Below, piece after piece: positions 38,188-51,900 of a DNA stretch of 64,000 nucleotides. The DNA comes from Azolla caroliniana (lineage: Eukaryota > Plantae > Polypodiophyta). The stretch lies in the NCBI GenBank assembly GCA_043228905.1, contig JBHGNT010000008.1, positions 3,100,001 to 3,164,000 on the forward strand. Direction: 5' to 3'. The notes beneath the pieces were generated by a model. It saw nothing but the letters and a program-made list of their open reading frames with translations. It did not search any database and was not told the DNA's origin. A program made the translations under genes and the position numbers. The number at the start of each line of letters is the position of its first letter. Position 1 is the first letter of the stretch.

Positions 38188-40753
38188 AAATAGGGAAAGA
38201 TATAATGATATGACAAATGTGATATGAAAGTTTGTGTAGACAAAAATTATATGGAAGTATTGTGTAGCATGTGATGTTTACTATTGTAAGGGCCTTTAAG
38301 GGCATATTGTATCTTTGTTGTGCATATATTGTATTTTGATGTTTAATATAAGGGCAAGTGCATTTTGAATCTTGATTTTGGCTACCTAGTTCACTATTAT
38401 GGAACCAATCAACAACTTTGAAGTGGGTTGCTTTCCCCTTCCAACAAATTCGTGTTAGGGGTGAGATTAATCTTCAAACATGTCTACAAGATTATGCATT
38501 GCATAGACATTGTCTACAATAAATTCATAGTTCAATTGTTGTCAAATTGAGATTATGCATCTTCAAACACTGTCTACAAGATTATGCATTGCGTAGACAT
38601 TGTCTACAATAAATTCATAGTTCCTCAACAAAATTGTAGTCAAATTGAGATTATGCATTTTCATATGTGGGTGTTGGAAATTAATAGAGAAGGTATTTTT
38701 TTATCGCAAGTGATTACAAGCAACAACAATTGTGGGGTATCTACTCACTATGGTGGTTGGGCATAGTCTGTTTTGTGACTCGGAGCTAGACTTTATTGTA
38801 AGATATACATGTGTAGTGTGTTTTGTGAGTGAAACTAGACCTTTATTGATGCATCTTAGATATGTCTATTGGTTCATATCCTCAATCAAAATCACGAAAA
38901 TGATGAGGAAACAACTCCTTGGTGGCTTTTTGACAAAGCAAGGCTAATATGATCAAGTTGATACTCTTTTAACTATTTTAAGACGAATACAATATAATCT
39001 CAAACTAATATCTTGGAAGTAACACGAGCATGATTTATATGCACCCCTAAATATTGAGGCCACTTTTGCAACAAAATGATAATACTTCATTCAATATTGT
39101 TTAATAAGATGGGTTATTTCTTATATATTCAATACAATAACCATATGAAAATTTGAAAGAATATAGTGAATGAGTACTTCATATGGTCATCATCCACAAT
39201 CTTGTGCAATGGAGAAAGGTTCATAGAGACATTGTAGCTTCGAGAGGGCGATTCTTACTACTATGGTAACAAACCAATGGCGGTCTCAAAAAGTATAAAG
39301 CATTGCAAAGGGAAAGTCACTTAATAGTTTTACGCCAAGTCGTCTTCTAAAATGAAAATGGATTCCATGACTAATAACGTTGAGGGTGTACACATCACTT
39401 TTTAACATTTTTGCATTTCTCTTTCCATCTTTTTATTCCATACAAAGTACTCTACAATGAAGGTACAATTTCCTCTCCATTGATTTGTCTCATCAGAAAT
39501 GTCGCCCTAATGACTTTCTTGATCTTCTCCGAACTTTTAACTTGATTCACATGGCAAAAAATGGCGGACCTTTTATTGTCACTTTCTACCAGCCTTTTAT
39601 TGTCACATACGCCAAGATTACAACTTTTTACCATCACATACAAATTAGGATTATGGCAACTAAAACTCTCGTGCTTCTAGACATGAAATGATATCTTTTC
39701 CTAAGTTTTGGGAGGATATTCTTGCTTTTATTTTGTGTAACATTCACACTTTTTCAAAAATCGCATGTGTACTCTACAACCTTACCTAAGCAATATTACA
39801 CAAGCAAAGCATTTCCCATCGACAACAAATCATGTTCAAATAGATGTGGGCTCCCCTTGGCATACATTTGAAGGGGTATTGTATCTCAAATGATAACATT
39901 TGTATGGAATCTTAGTACCTTTTTATTTAATTTATATGCGCTTTTTATCCATGTTTTTTGTGCATGTGTTAGTGTCTATTAAAATTAAATACATCTATTC
40001 CCATGGAAATCTTTGTTTAGATAATCTTACCCACAACTTAACCATTTACATAATTACATGAACTATGACATACTATAACTAACTGAGATCTTAACTATGA
40101 AATTGGAGCTAGGGGATTCAAGGATATGACCTACCTACTCAAGGTTTGATCATTAGTTTTGAAGACCTTATGAGTATTTACGGTTACTATTTAATGTCCA
40201 TATAGATGTCCTAAAACATGCACATCGAATGTTTCTAAGCTCCTTACAATGACCATCACGACGACTTCTCCTTTCTTGAAATGTCATCCTCATTATAACC
40301 CTAGATCTCCTTGATCATACCATAAAAATCACCTCCAACCATAAAGGTACCTTGGACCTTGTTCCACAATCAAATACATGCATGACCCACATACAACAAG
40401 ATCCCTTCACCCACCTTGGTAAAGAAAAAACAAGGATTTAACATTCAAATCTTAATAAGTAGCAAAGACCACACATAAAAGTGAAAACCAATCTTTCCAT
40501 TGGGCGAATACGCAGTAAGTGTATAAAGCAAAAAGCAAGGACCAACATCTCATTTATAAATAGCAGAAATTCAGTAGTGAATGAATTTACAATGAATGTG
40601 ATATGGTGTTTTCATTCCCTCCTAGATGAACAGAAACACGAGGTTGTGTTTCACATTCCAGTTCAATAGATGGTTTTCGTAAGGTTTATGTTTACTATAT
40701 ACGGGGAATTGATCAAACTTGCAATATTGGTCTTAGGCACATCAAACTTTCGG

Positions 40754-43700
40754 CTATGACATCCTCCATTGTCTTCCCTACACAAACGATCAAATTGAAC
40801 AAACTATAGTCAATTCCATTATACTAGAAAAACCAACATATTTTCGACAAATTATTATTAACCAATAATTACCTCTGATCCACGAGAGGGCACTCCAAAG
40901 AGCCCATCTCGGTTCAAAAGATTGGACCCCATCTCAAGCTCATGCCTAATCACATGTTGATATGCTCTCACAGCCACAAGAGCCACGAAAGCTACAGAAG
41001 GAAAGCAAGAAAACCAAACCATTACTTTCACAAAAAATAGAACATGTGAGGTTTCTTATGTGTATGGTGAAAAAAACTCACCCCCGCAAGCCCGTGTAGA
41101 GACTGACGAAAGGTTCCAGACGATGATGAATGCAATGAATAAAACAGCTTTTTTGTGGGCACATGCACCCCATGTAGTCCAAACCCAGCTTAAGAGCTTC
41201 CTAACTGCAAGAACACTTATAATGCTTATTAAATTTATCCCAACATATATGTGAGCTTAATGAGTATTTGTTCAAACACTTCATTCACTTATACAAACAT
41301 AACTGTGCCATATAAGGTATTTTGTTGGCATGCATTCACTTATCCCAAAATTAGTGAGCCTTGTGTACATTTTTTCCACACTTATTTATCCCGAAATAAG
41401 TGAGCCTAATAAGCATTTGTTCACGCATTTGTTCACTGTAACAACATAAGCTTACCTTGTTCACGCATTTGTTCACTGTAACATGAATAGCACTTGGGTA
41501 TTGTGAACATGGCCAAATAAGCTGCCAAATAGGATTGAATTAAGATGAGAATGTATTGTGCTCATACACATAATGGTATGCAATAGGTACCAATGCAATA
41601 CCTATTCTTGTAAGGGTCCATATGTCCATCAGTGATCCAACTTGTGCCAAAAACCAAAGCGCAGCTGCCACCTGTACATATTTATATATATTGACCCCAT
41701 CACGAGAATTAGCAGATGTATCAAACAAAGATGTTCATATCAAGCTTGTATTGGAAGATGTTCATGTTAAATTTGTATTACAAAATATATATCCATGTTA
41801 AGCTTGTATAAGGGAAAGGCTGTTCATTACCCTGAGTGTGACCGTGGGTTCTCCTGAAAAAAGCTCCCCTAGCTTTTCAAGCATTAGATTTAAGGGTGGC
41901 AACAATACTCGAATCACCCGCAAAGCATCAGCTTCAGTTACCACATATGCATATGATGCAGAATCCACATGTGCTGCATCACTGAAATGCAACATTGTCA
42001 ATCATGGGCATAAAACATCATCACACCAAGTATGGTCCTGGGGACTGACCTTCTTCGGACTGTGCGCTTGATGAAAGTAACCGCCAAGTAAAGTAGTGCA
42101 ACATAAGCAATGGTTGATATCACACTGAAAGACATCATTTCGATATCAAACTATGCTCATCGAATGGGGAGCAAACCCTAAAAACTAATACTAGTGTTTA
42201 ATTCCTAGACAATAGATCAGGAACCCTAAGCCCGAGACAACCATAAACTCAAAAACCAACACAAAAAAAGCAGCAAAACCAAAACTCAAAACAGAGACAT
42301 GCTATTGTTATTGGACTGCTCATATAACACTCTCAAAGATTCAACCTGTATTTCATATCTTGGATGACCGAGGCAGATATAATGCAGAAGCACCCAGCTC
42401 CAAACAGCAATGCTGATCGAGGGAAATGCGTCCACATGATGACATCCCCTGCCATAGTAACAAGATATATCAAAGAAGAATATGTTACATATCTCGAGAA
42501 GCCATGAGCAGAATAAACACCCAAACACAATTTCACAACCCACAAATCTCACCTATGAACTGCAACCAGTCTAACCCCTCCAATGAGGTTCTTGTCTCTG
42601 CAGTCAAGAGAGTACACATCATCAAATTTTTGAGATATGTATAAATGTTGGGAATTCACTCTTTTAATTACATAATATTAACCTCAGACATTCAGAAAGC
42701 TAGGTTGTTATTTTCAAACCAGCCATGAGCCCCATAGTCTAGTTATGCATATATATCTCAATAATAATGAAAATCAACATAAAACATTATATGCATTGAG
42801 ACCTTACATCATTCATATCTTTGCAAGAACGAGATCAATTATAGATAGCATCAATTATAGATAGCATTCCTACTTTAACATTGCCTAACTCATAAAGAAT
42901 ATAGATATAGGTGAAGAATCAATAGCTAACCTCGACCATTTCTTCGTGACAATGGTGGTGGCAGAACAGATGATGTTAGGGTCGACGGTCGAGGTGCCCT
43001 ATAAGCTAAGGTATCAATTTTTGGAGGATGATGTACATTTTGAGCTAAAGAAGGAGGGGTATCATTTTGCTGAGCCAGATAAGAAGTATCCTTCTCTTGA
43101 ACCAAATGGGCATCCAAAATGAGTGATTGGGTGGCCACAGCACTTCCCGAAATGGGCATTGGGTCAGCCAATTTATGACCTGATTCTTCAGAAGATTTAC
43201 GCTTGTTACGACTCTGAGAGGTGGTACCCTTCTTTGTTACCCTAATGATATCCCCCATTCCTATATCTTCTTCTTCTTCTTCTTCTTGATCATGATGATT
43301 AAATGCTTCTTGTGAATTATAATCCTCAGAATAAACCTTGGACCGTCCAGTAGTTATTCGATGCGATCTTCTATGAGTAGAAAGAGTGTTTCCTTCTGCA
43401 ACTTGTGAAGATTCAATGGAGTTCTTTGTTACCCTATTGATATCCCCCATTCCTATATCTTCTTCTTCTTCTTCTTCTTGATCATGATGATTAAATACTT
43501 CTTGTGAATTATAATCCTCAGAATAAACCTTGGACCTTCGAGTAGTTATTCGATGTGATCTTCTATGAGTAGAAATAGTGTTTCCTTCTGCAACTTGTGA
43601 AGCTTCCATGGAGTTCTTGGTTGCCCTTCTTCTTCTTGAAGCAGAGGCAGAAACAGAGTTGGATGGCATGGTCATAACTACGGCTTCTGATGAGGAAGAT

Positions 43701-44122
43701 CTCAGTCTTGGTGATGGTATAGGGCTTCTATGGCGCCTAGAGCTCTGTGGCGGGATTTCAGAATTAGTCCTGGCCATGGGAATACCTTCTTCGTCTGCTT
43801 CTTTCTTTTTATCTGTTTCCCCTTCTTCTTCCGCATCGTCTTCTTCTTCTGCGGTTATTTTTGAAACGGTAACAAACAGTGACTTCTGGGTTCGATCCAT
43901 AGAGAAGCTTCTCTGTGCGAGATTAGGATTAGCACGAAGGATGGCTGCTTGGAAATCGACTTCTGGAGAATCAGAGTTTGGATTATTGAGGTTAGAATCA
44001 GGGTTAGGGTTAGTGTAACCTGGCATAGCCGCAGATGAGGTAATGGAGCCACCTTGAAGAAGAAACTCGTCTCTGCGGAGAAGGAGAGAAGGAGATGCAG
44101 ACGAAAAGGCTTGGCCCGCCAT
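40754..44122 (-). CDS. Reticulon-like protein (RTNLB17/18/21 type, long disordered N-terminus), 9 exons, ~640 aa
   Basis: Exons (-): 42931-44122, 42346-42448, 42050-42124, 41831-41981, 41602-41671, 41456-41521, 41082-41204, 40873-40991, 40754-40777 (1923 nt, in frame). Reticulon domain DVIMW..RSALLFGAG..LLPPLN..LFSGEPTVTLRVA..FTIPKCYSCY..WGACAHKK. Confidence 0.9.
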
Positions 44123-44160
44123 GGCTGGCAAGCTATTAACAGACTAGAAGAGAAGGAAGC

Positions 44161-44162
<2 letters not shown>

Positions 44163-44231
<69 letters not shown>

Positions 44232-44410
44232 CTATCTGGATATCTGCAATCAGGTTTCTATGCTAATGGGTTTTCTGCGAATACAGCGTGCAAAATGCAG
44301 AAATCTCCACCGCCATAGACCAAACTTTTCTACCTCGCTAGATCTATCGGCAAAACATGCAGAAAATGGCAGAAATCTGTGGCGCCACAACCAAAATCTC
44401 TCTCTGTCTC

Positions 44411-44447
<37 letters not shown>

Positions 44448-44542
44448 GTCTGTCTGTGTGTCTATGCTGAGATGTCTGCAAGGAGTGTGCAAGAGAACCC
44501 ACGAAGCTTCATTGCAGAAACAGAGAGCCGTTGGGCAAATGA

Positions 44543-44581
<39 letters not shown>

Positions 44582-44610
44582 GCCATGGCCATGGCCATGG
44601 CCATGCCATA
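44163..44610. repeat. Microsatellite cluster (CT)n, (CTGT)n, (GAT)n, (GGCCAT)n in the reticulon 5' region
   Basis: Directly visible simple repeats. Confidence 0.95.
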
Positions 44611-46157
44611 GCATGCGACGTATCTATTATGACACAAATCATAAAGAGGACCGGTGAGGGAATCGCGGCCACAGACGGTCTGCAGGTTGCTCAGAGAAGG
44701 CGCACAATGCGATCTGCACCATCGAATTTCGATAAGGAAGAAGGCGCGAAAAATAAAGGTGTGCAGAGGTCGCCCAACCGAAATATATTTTTAACGGGAT
44801 CGCCCAACCAACTCACTAAAAGATGCAGGGTCGCCCAACCATTTATTTTTAAAACGGTTGGGTGACCAGTTTAAGCAGGTTGCCCAACTGCTTTAGGGTT
44901 TATATTGAGTTGGTCACCCAACCAACTCAATACAAGATGCAGGTCACCCAACCGTTTATTTTTAAAGCAGTTGGGTGACCAGTTTAAGCAGGTTGTCCAA
45001 CTGCTTTAGGGTTTATATTGAGTTGGTCACCCAACCAACCCAATAAAAGATGTAGGTCGCCCAACCGATGACTATAAAAGCCTTAAACCTGTCATTATCT
45101 CTCATTTTTTCAAACGAGATTGACAGGTTTCTTTTGCCGGGAAAGAGTTGGGCGTCAGGCGGCTTGCAATCGACATACACAACAATCAATCTCCTCCATC
45201 ACTATTCCCAGGTATGTACTAAACCCTATCACATCACTTTTTCTGTTTTTTTTACATGTGGTAGGAATAGTTGACGGATTAGGGTTTGGAGTAGTTGACG
45301 GATTTTGTTTCTTGTTGAGGGATTACAAGGATAAGTAGGTTGAGTTGGTCACCCAACCAACTCAATAAAAGTTTATTCAATCATCTCTCTTTTTCATGTT
45401 TGTTTTTACAATAATCTCTCTCTTCTTAGCAGAAATATTTGTCTTTTTTTCATGTACTTCTGCAACAAATTTTGTATTCATAAATCTCTAATTTGTTTTT
45501 GTTTATGTATTACTTTGTACACAATCTCAAGCATTCTGTATCGGAATATTGAGAGGATTCCAAGAAAAACAGGGATATTAACAATCTCTCCGTTCTTCAC
45601 ATTATTTTTGTAATAATATTTCTCGTCTTTCCATAATAATCTTTCTTTGCCATATATGCGTTTTATGCACAATTCAATGGTTTTTCATCACGTCGGGGTA
45701 CAATATCCATCATCCCTAATGTGGGCTATGATGATGATTTTTGCCTTTTTTTGGGATTTAGTTTGCATTCTAGAAACTTAGGTTATAGCTGAAATTATAG
45801 AAAAATACTAGCCATTTTTGGGGGGGGTTTTGGGTTTCATTCGACATTGTTACAGCTTAGACAAATGTTGAAATTCGAATTAATGTAAAACTATTCATCT
45901 TTAGGGACTAGGGCCTCATCCTACATAAACTTAATCATGTAAAAAACACTCATTTTATAGGACATTGGGATTTGAGTCTCATTCCTGCTTAATCTAATTA
46001 TTGCAACATGATAAGTAGGATATAACATATGGGGAGATTTGGAAGTGAGGGATTAGGGTTTCGGGTTTAGGGTTGAATGTTTTGCTTGCTTAAACTTAAT
46101 ATTGTGTGTGTTTGAGTATTAAATTCAAAAAATGTTTGATTACTTGAATGGTGGTAG

Positions 46158-47960
46158 ATGGCTTCCAAGTCCAACTACAAAGATTGGTAGGATTTCGATA
46201 ACAGTGACATATATCCAACTCAAGAGAGGTATGTCACGAACCAATCTCCCCTAATACTGGTTTAGGGTTTGATGCATGTATGTTGACTCGTTATTTGTTA
46301 AAGGGTATTCGTTAGAAGACATTGGCGAAGTTCATCAACCAACATGTGTACGAGTGGGGACAGAATGGATCAGACACATACGCCTCAGATCGAGCCCATA
46401 CATGCCACGACAACATTCGACCAAGATGCTCCTCCAATTGGTATGTGGATTTGGTGTCGTTGCAATATGCCAATCTTTATGTCAATCTTAAATATGTAAC
46501 ACATACAGAAGGAACAGCTGATCCTCGCCCAGACTCGTTGTATAAGGCTGGAAGAGATGCAAATGGGAACAAGGCCCGTGCGTGTATCTATACTGAGTAT
46601 TGCCGCCTCTCGCCAAGGTGGTATCGCAAAAAAAGTGACATGGAATCACATTTACGTAGGGAACATGGAATAGACATAGTCCTACCACGAGGGATGCGTA
46701 TAGAGGAGGAGGGTATTCCGGGGGCATGCTTTAATAGCTATCAGCGTCAGAGATCACTCAGAAGATTCATGGACCCCAAAATCAAGTACAACAGAAATCG
46801 GCAAACATATATCCGGAAGTTGAAGGTTAGGGTTGTTTTGAGGTACAACTCTATTCCTGCTGAACTCCGTCTTGACACAGAGGCAGAGTTCGTGGTGCGA
46901 TTTATGGACAACGAGATGGCCATATACAACTCCAAAAAGGATGAGCGTTTGGAGATGTTGACGAAGAAGATAACATCCGATTTGGATTTTTATGTAAGTA
47001 TGAGCGAGGATTTCATTTCAGATATGTGTTGGAGGGTTTATTGGCAGAATTCAGATAATAACATGTGTCTTATTGTGGTGAAACAGTGTAAAAAGGCGGG
47101 GATATCCACCCAACCGCAGGGTGTGTCCATGGATTTGGATGAGGCTCTAAACCCATCTGAGGGTGGTGTGTCCACTCCCCCGAGACGGAGACGACAGAAG
47201 ATGCTAGTCCGACGGAAGGAGGTCAAGTCACACACTGATGTTTATTCCCTAACATCAGATTCAGATGATGTTGCACCGGATGTAGCCATAGTTCAAATTC
47301 AGCATGGCAAGGGCATAAGGTTATGGATCCAAACACCAAATAAACATTTTTCAGGTAGGGTTTATGTGAAATATAAACTAGTATCCTACTAACTGACATG
47401 GGGTGTGATGTACCTACTCAAACTACATATTTCTATGCATTCAGGTACCAATTGACCTGCCAACGTCTCGATTTGGCCCTTGATGTTACCGAGTTAGATC
47501 TTGAGACCATGTGCAAGTAACGTGGACTATGACCTTATTCACGTTGTGGATGGAGTATTCGTTGCCACTCGAGGTGATATAACGCTTCACCGTCGTCGAC
47601 CCACTGTGGGTGACGCTACACCAGCAGACGATGAAGGGGCAAGCCATCCTTAGGAAGGTGGCTGAATGTGATTTTATGTTCATTCCGATCATGCTTGACG
47701 GGCATTGGGTGTTGTGGACGAAGATGTGATACAAAGTTTCAAAGCTAACTAGCAAATGCCTTATTCATGTGGATTGTGTATAGATGTGTTCTTATACATA
47801 TTTGGTGACAGGGCACAAAGATGTGGTTCACCAAATGCGAAGTGGATCCACTTCGGAATCATATGGACGAGTGGGCACGAAGTGGATTCACTTCAGAATC
47901 ACATGTAAATTGTGTGAATGTTGTTTTCAACACAGATTTTGCTATAGAGTTGATGTTGTA
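46158..47960 (+). pseudogene. MULE accessory gene: C2H2-like zinc finger plus putative Ulp1-like (C48) protease segment, intron-containing and decayed
   Basis: ORF 46322-47392 with C....C.......Y.......H....H spacing; downstream segment ~47450-47730 reads ..CDFMFIPIMLDGHWVLW, resembling the Ulp1 catalytic-His motif. In-frame stops present; boundaries approximate. Confidence 0.5.
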
Positions 47961-48639
47961 ACTATATTTTGGAATCCACACAAATTTTGTATAGCGAGAA
48001 TCGACTCATTGTATATCGCGATTACTTATTAATGGAAATGTTGTTTACAACAAGTGTTTATCTCAAGTTGATTTGTTGTTTTAAACCAATCACAAGTTGT
48101 GATCTAAAGTTGATTTGTTGTTTTCAACCAATCTAAGTTGTGGTCTAAAGTTGATTTGTTGTTTTAAAAGTTTCTCAAGTTGTGATCTCCAATAGATTTG
48201 ATGTTTTAACCAATCATCTACTTAATCCTTTCTCTATCTTATTAGTAATATCACCTTGCAAGAAAAAGAAGCAACAACTGGTGTGGGAGAGTCAGAGTCG
48301 AAAAGAAGATTTTCGATCTTCCCGCTCATTCAGAACCGTGCATGAAATTCTAATTTCACATGGCTCCTGGTTCCTAAAAGACTTTCAATTGACTTTAGCA
48401 ACGTTCCTAGAACCTTCCTCGCGTATGTCTAAAAAAAGGACTTTTTTTATTTCTTTAATGAACGACGATTTTTCATTCAGCAGAGAAACTTACCCTTTAA
48501 CTTCTCGAGGAATCCTTGATCAATCTCAAATGTAAACTAATTGATTCGCGAAAAAGTTAATCTCTTCGAAAGAGCTGATTTGGAAAAGCTGTTTTAAACC
48601 AATCTCTCTCCCAACCCTTGTAAAAAACATCAATGGTAA

Positions 48640-48840
48640 TAAACCAAGTTGCCCAAACCTCTTAAAATTAATTCTCTTTTGATATGGTCACCCAACCAGG
48701 TTGCCCAAACCTCTTAAAATTAATTCTATGTTGAAATGGTAACCCAACCAGGTTGCCCAAACCTCTTAAAATTAATTCTGTGTTGATATGATCACCCAAC
48801 CAGGTTGCCCAAACCTCATAATCTAGGTCGCCCAACTTGT
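48640..48840. repeat. Internal ~51 bp tandem repeats carrying the MULE subterminal motif
   Basis: caaccaggttgcccaaacctcttaaaattaattct..ggt(c/a)acccaacc repeated 3-4 times immediately upstream of the transposase ATG. Confidence 0.85.
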
Positions 48841-48948
48841 TACCTAAACGGCCAAAAAAACGTCTCTATCTTAATCAAATTCACTTTATCACATTCTCTA
48901 GCTTAAATTACTACTGATTAATCACTACAAGAAAACCAAGTTGTCGAG

Positions 48949-51900
48949 ATGAATCCAAATGAAATAGATTTCATCACATCCTTGTATGATTCTAAGGATG
49001 GTTATGCATCACCATACTCCGCAACCATCGACGAAGACTTGGATTCATCTACATCCGAAGACTATGAGTCGGCTTCATTCAAAGAAGAGGCAGAGGAGGT
49101 TGATCCCTTCATGTACTGTTCGGCGAGGTATTTTGCGTTCACTAGAGGTATGTACGATTTAATGCTTAAAGATTTATTGGGTCAAGTTAAGGTAACATTT
49201 GAAATATTAAGCACACTCGCAAGGGGTGCACCTCTTAATTTACATGCATGGAGGCGCATGAAGAGTCGTCTCACGCTTAGAAATGAGAATGCAATACACC
49301 TTAAGGCATCGCCTCATCTTCAGATTACGCACGTAGAGAAATGGAGGGAGATAGTATCGGCGTCACATTGTGGCGCATCACACCGTTCTTTGACTAGTAC
49401 TCTGACAGAGTTAAAGAGACTTTGGTTCAATGACCTTCGTGACCATGGGATCCCTAGTGCGTATGTGAAAGCAATGATTGACCAATGTGGTTGTCAGAGG
49501 TTAACTCCATCTGACATGGAGGGGACAAGTGTCGCGAAATATAAAAAGTCTAGACCCATAGAAGTGATCAAGATAGAGGCACATAGGGTTGATGATACGC
49601 TCATAGATGTTCAATTGAGTTATCACACACGCTTCCATACAGGGATCACAAGGGGTGCACATGTGACTAGGTATAATTGTCACCGATGCGGTGTGGCCAA
49701 CAAGCAATATCCATGCACGCGACATAGAAAGCATTCATCTTGATGTGGGTGTACTTTTCATGTGAACGCTCGAATGAATGGCGGGGTTGACCATGGGACA
49801 GTGACTGTTTCAATATATGGATCTCATACGGGTCATGTTCTGGGAAGTAGACCATATGTGTACTATTTGCCAGTGGCCCCAAATGTTATAAGTTGTTGTA
49901 GAGATTACCTTTTTGATGTTGGTTGCACACGACATGTGGCACGGATGAGCATGTGTAAGGAAGCATATCATAAGTCCAAGGCTAGTCCATTAGACCTTGT
50001 GAGTTATAGGTTCTTTATGATACCAAAGGAGGTCAATAACATGGCCAACAAGTTAAAAATTGGAAGTGCCATGTCAGGGGTTGTTTGGTCTTTGATGATG
50101 CAAGATGCCTATGCCCTCCGAGATCTTGGGAAGGTGGCTCATGTCCAACCCTACTTGCCTGGTGAATATGGATCTCCCGCATGGCAACCGTTCATCTTGG
50201 TGCTCCAAGATGAATGGATGTTAGAGATGTGTGAGCAATTGTCAATAAACAACTTTTGGGCAATCGACTCCACGTTTAAAACAAACCAATTTGGCTTGCC
50301 ATTATATGCATATGTGGCCCCAAATGCCATGGGAGTTGGTATCCCATTATGGTACATGATATGTAGTTCTGATAAGGGGTCTAACCATGAGCAAGTAGAT
50401 TTAGAAACTTGCTTGAGAGTCATATTTGCACGGATGCCCAATGTGAGGCCAAATGCCATAGTCATCGATAAAAGTTGGACATCATATAATGCCATAAGTA
50501 ATGTGGTTGCAACAAATCGATTATCTTGGATAGTTACAAATGGGCAAAGGTTGCAAACACATTGTCGACTTTTGTTGTGTCACTTCCACGCAAAAAAAGC
50601 ATGGTTGGACAACTTGTTGCCAAAGGTAAGTGCAATTGAGAGAAACCATCTTTATAATCGGATGTGCCAACTCATGCAATGCATTACGGAATCCACATTC
50701 AAATTGAATGCCCAATGTGAGGAGTTAAAGGTAGAATATGCAAACAAGCCGGGTGTTTGGCAATATATAGGAGGATGGTGTGGCTTGACATGTGTGTGGA
50801 GGAAACTATGGCCCAAATTTGGTAGAATGTTCAACTACGGACATTGTTACCCAGCCGGCAAGAAGGCTTAAGGATGTCTAGACTAGAGTGTGAAAGGAAT
50901 AGTTTATTCGGGAAATGTTGTAATTATTTTATTAATAAGGACGGACGGACCAGAAACGGTATGCCAATCCGGATCCGGACCGATTTCGAATAGGTGCCGG
51001 TTGGCACCGTTTTGTACTTCGCATTGGAGACCTATATAAAGGCCCGATTACAATGTAATTGATAGCGGATAATTAATAGAACTTATTGCCTTAACCTTTT
51101 AGTATTGATTACCGTTCTGCACTCATTGTTATATCTTACGCGTGTAATGACGTATTGTTAAGTAACCAATTAAGGTTTAATTAAGCATTGTGTCGTAAGT
51201 CATCTTACCGTAACACCCTTTGGTGAAGTGTCTTAAGTGGACACCCTGTGTTAGGCTGTTGTCCGGCCCTAGGATTAACACAGTTTTTGGCGACCACTAA
51301 GGCGACCCCCCTTTGGAGACGGAGTCAAAGGATGATACGCGTCGATGCAAGACATAGTGACTAAGCGGTTAGAAACGATGACGATGTGTGAGTGTGTGGT
51401 TAGCGATAAATGATGGTGGCAAAGTGCAAGACGAAGTTAAGCATGATATGCGATGACGATGTCCGCAAAGAAGTCAATGAAGGGACGCAGTGAAGGAATG
51501 TACAAGAAATCAGATTGACGATGTGCGGCAAATGGTGATCACAATGTGCTAGCGTAAATCACAAAATGAGACATGACGATACGGATGTGCGAGTGTACGA
51601 GAACTAGCAATGTGCGTGTGCAGGAAATGAACAAAGATGGGAGCAGTTGGACAACAACCGAACCGACTGCCGGAACCGACTGGAACGAGCCGTACTAAGA
51701 AAGCTCGATGGCTAGACCAGCGACATCGACAGAGGAGAGACCGGAGAGCGACCAAAGAGTGGTCGCAGTGGCTGACCGTCACCGAAACAGAAGTGGCCAG
51801 ATGGGTTGAACAAAGAACCGCCAAACAACGACCACAATGGGCCGAACAGTCGGAACGGTGATGGAGCCGGGACGACGATCGGACGGCGGTGGCCACATAC

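Noticed and set aside
38900-39950. Possible very old - strand LINE RT remnant
   Set aside because: Only vague motif resemblance with many disruptions; not supportable by eye.
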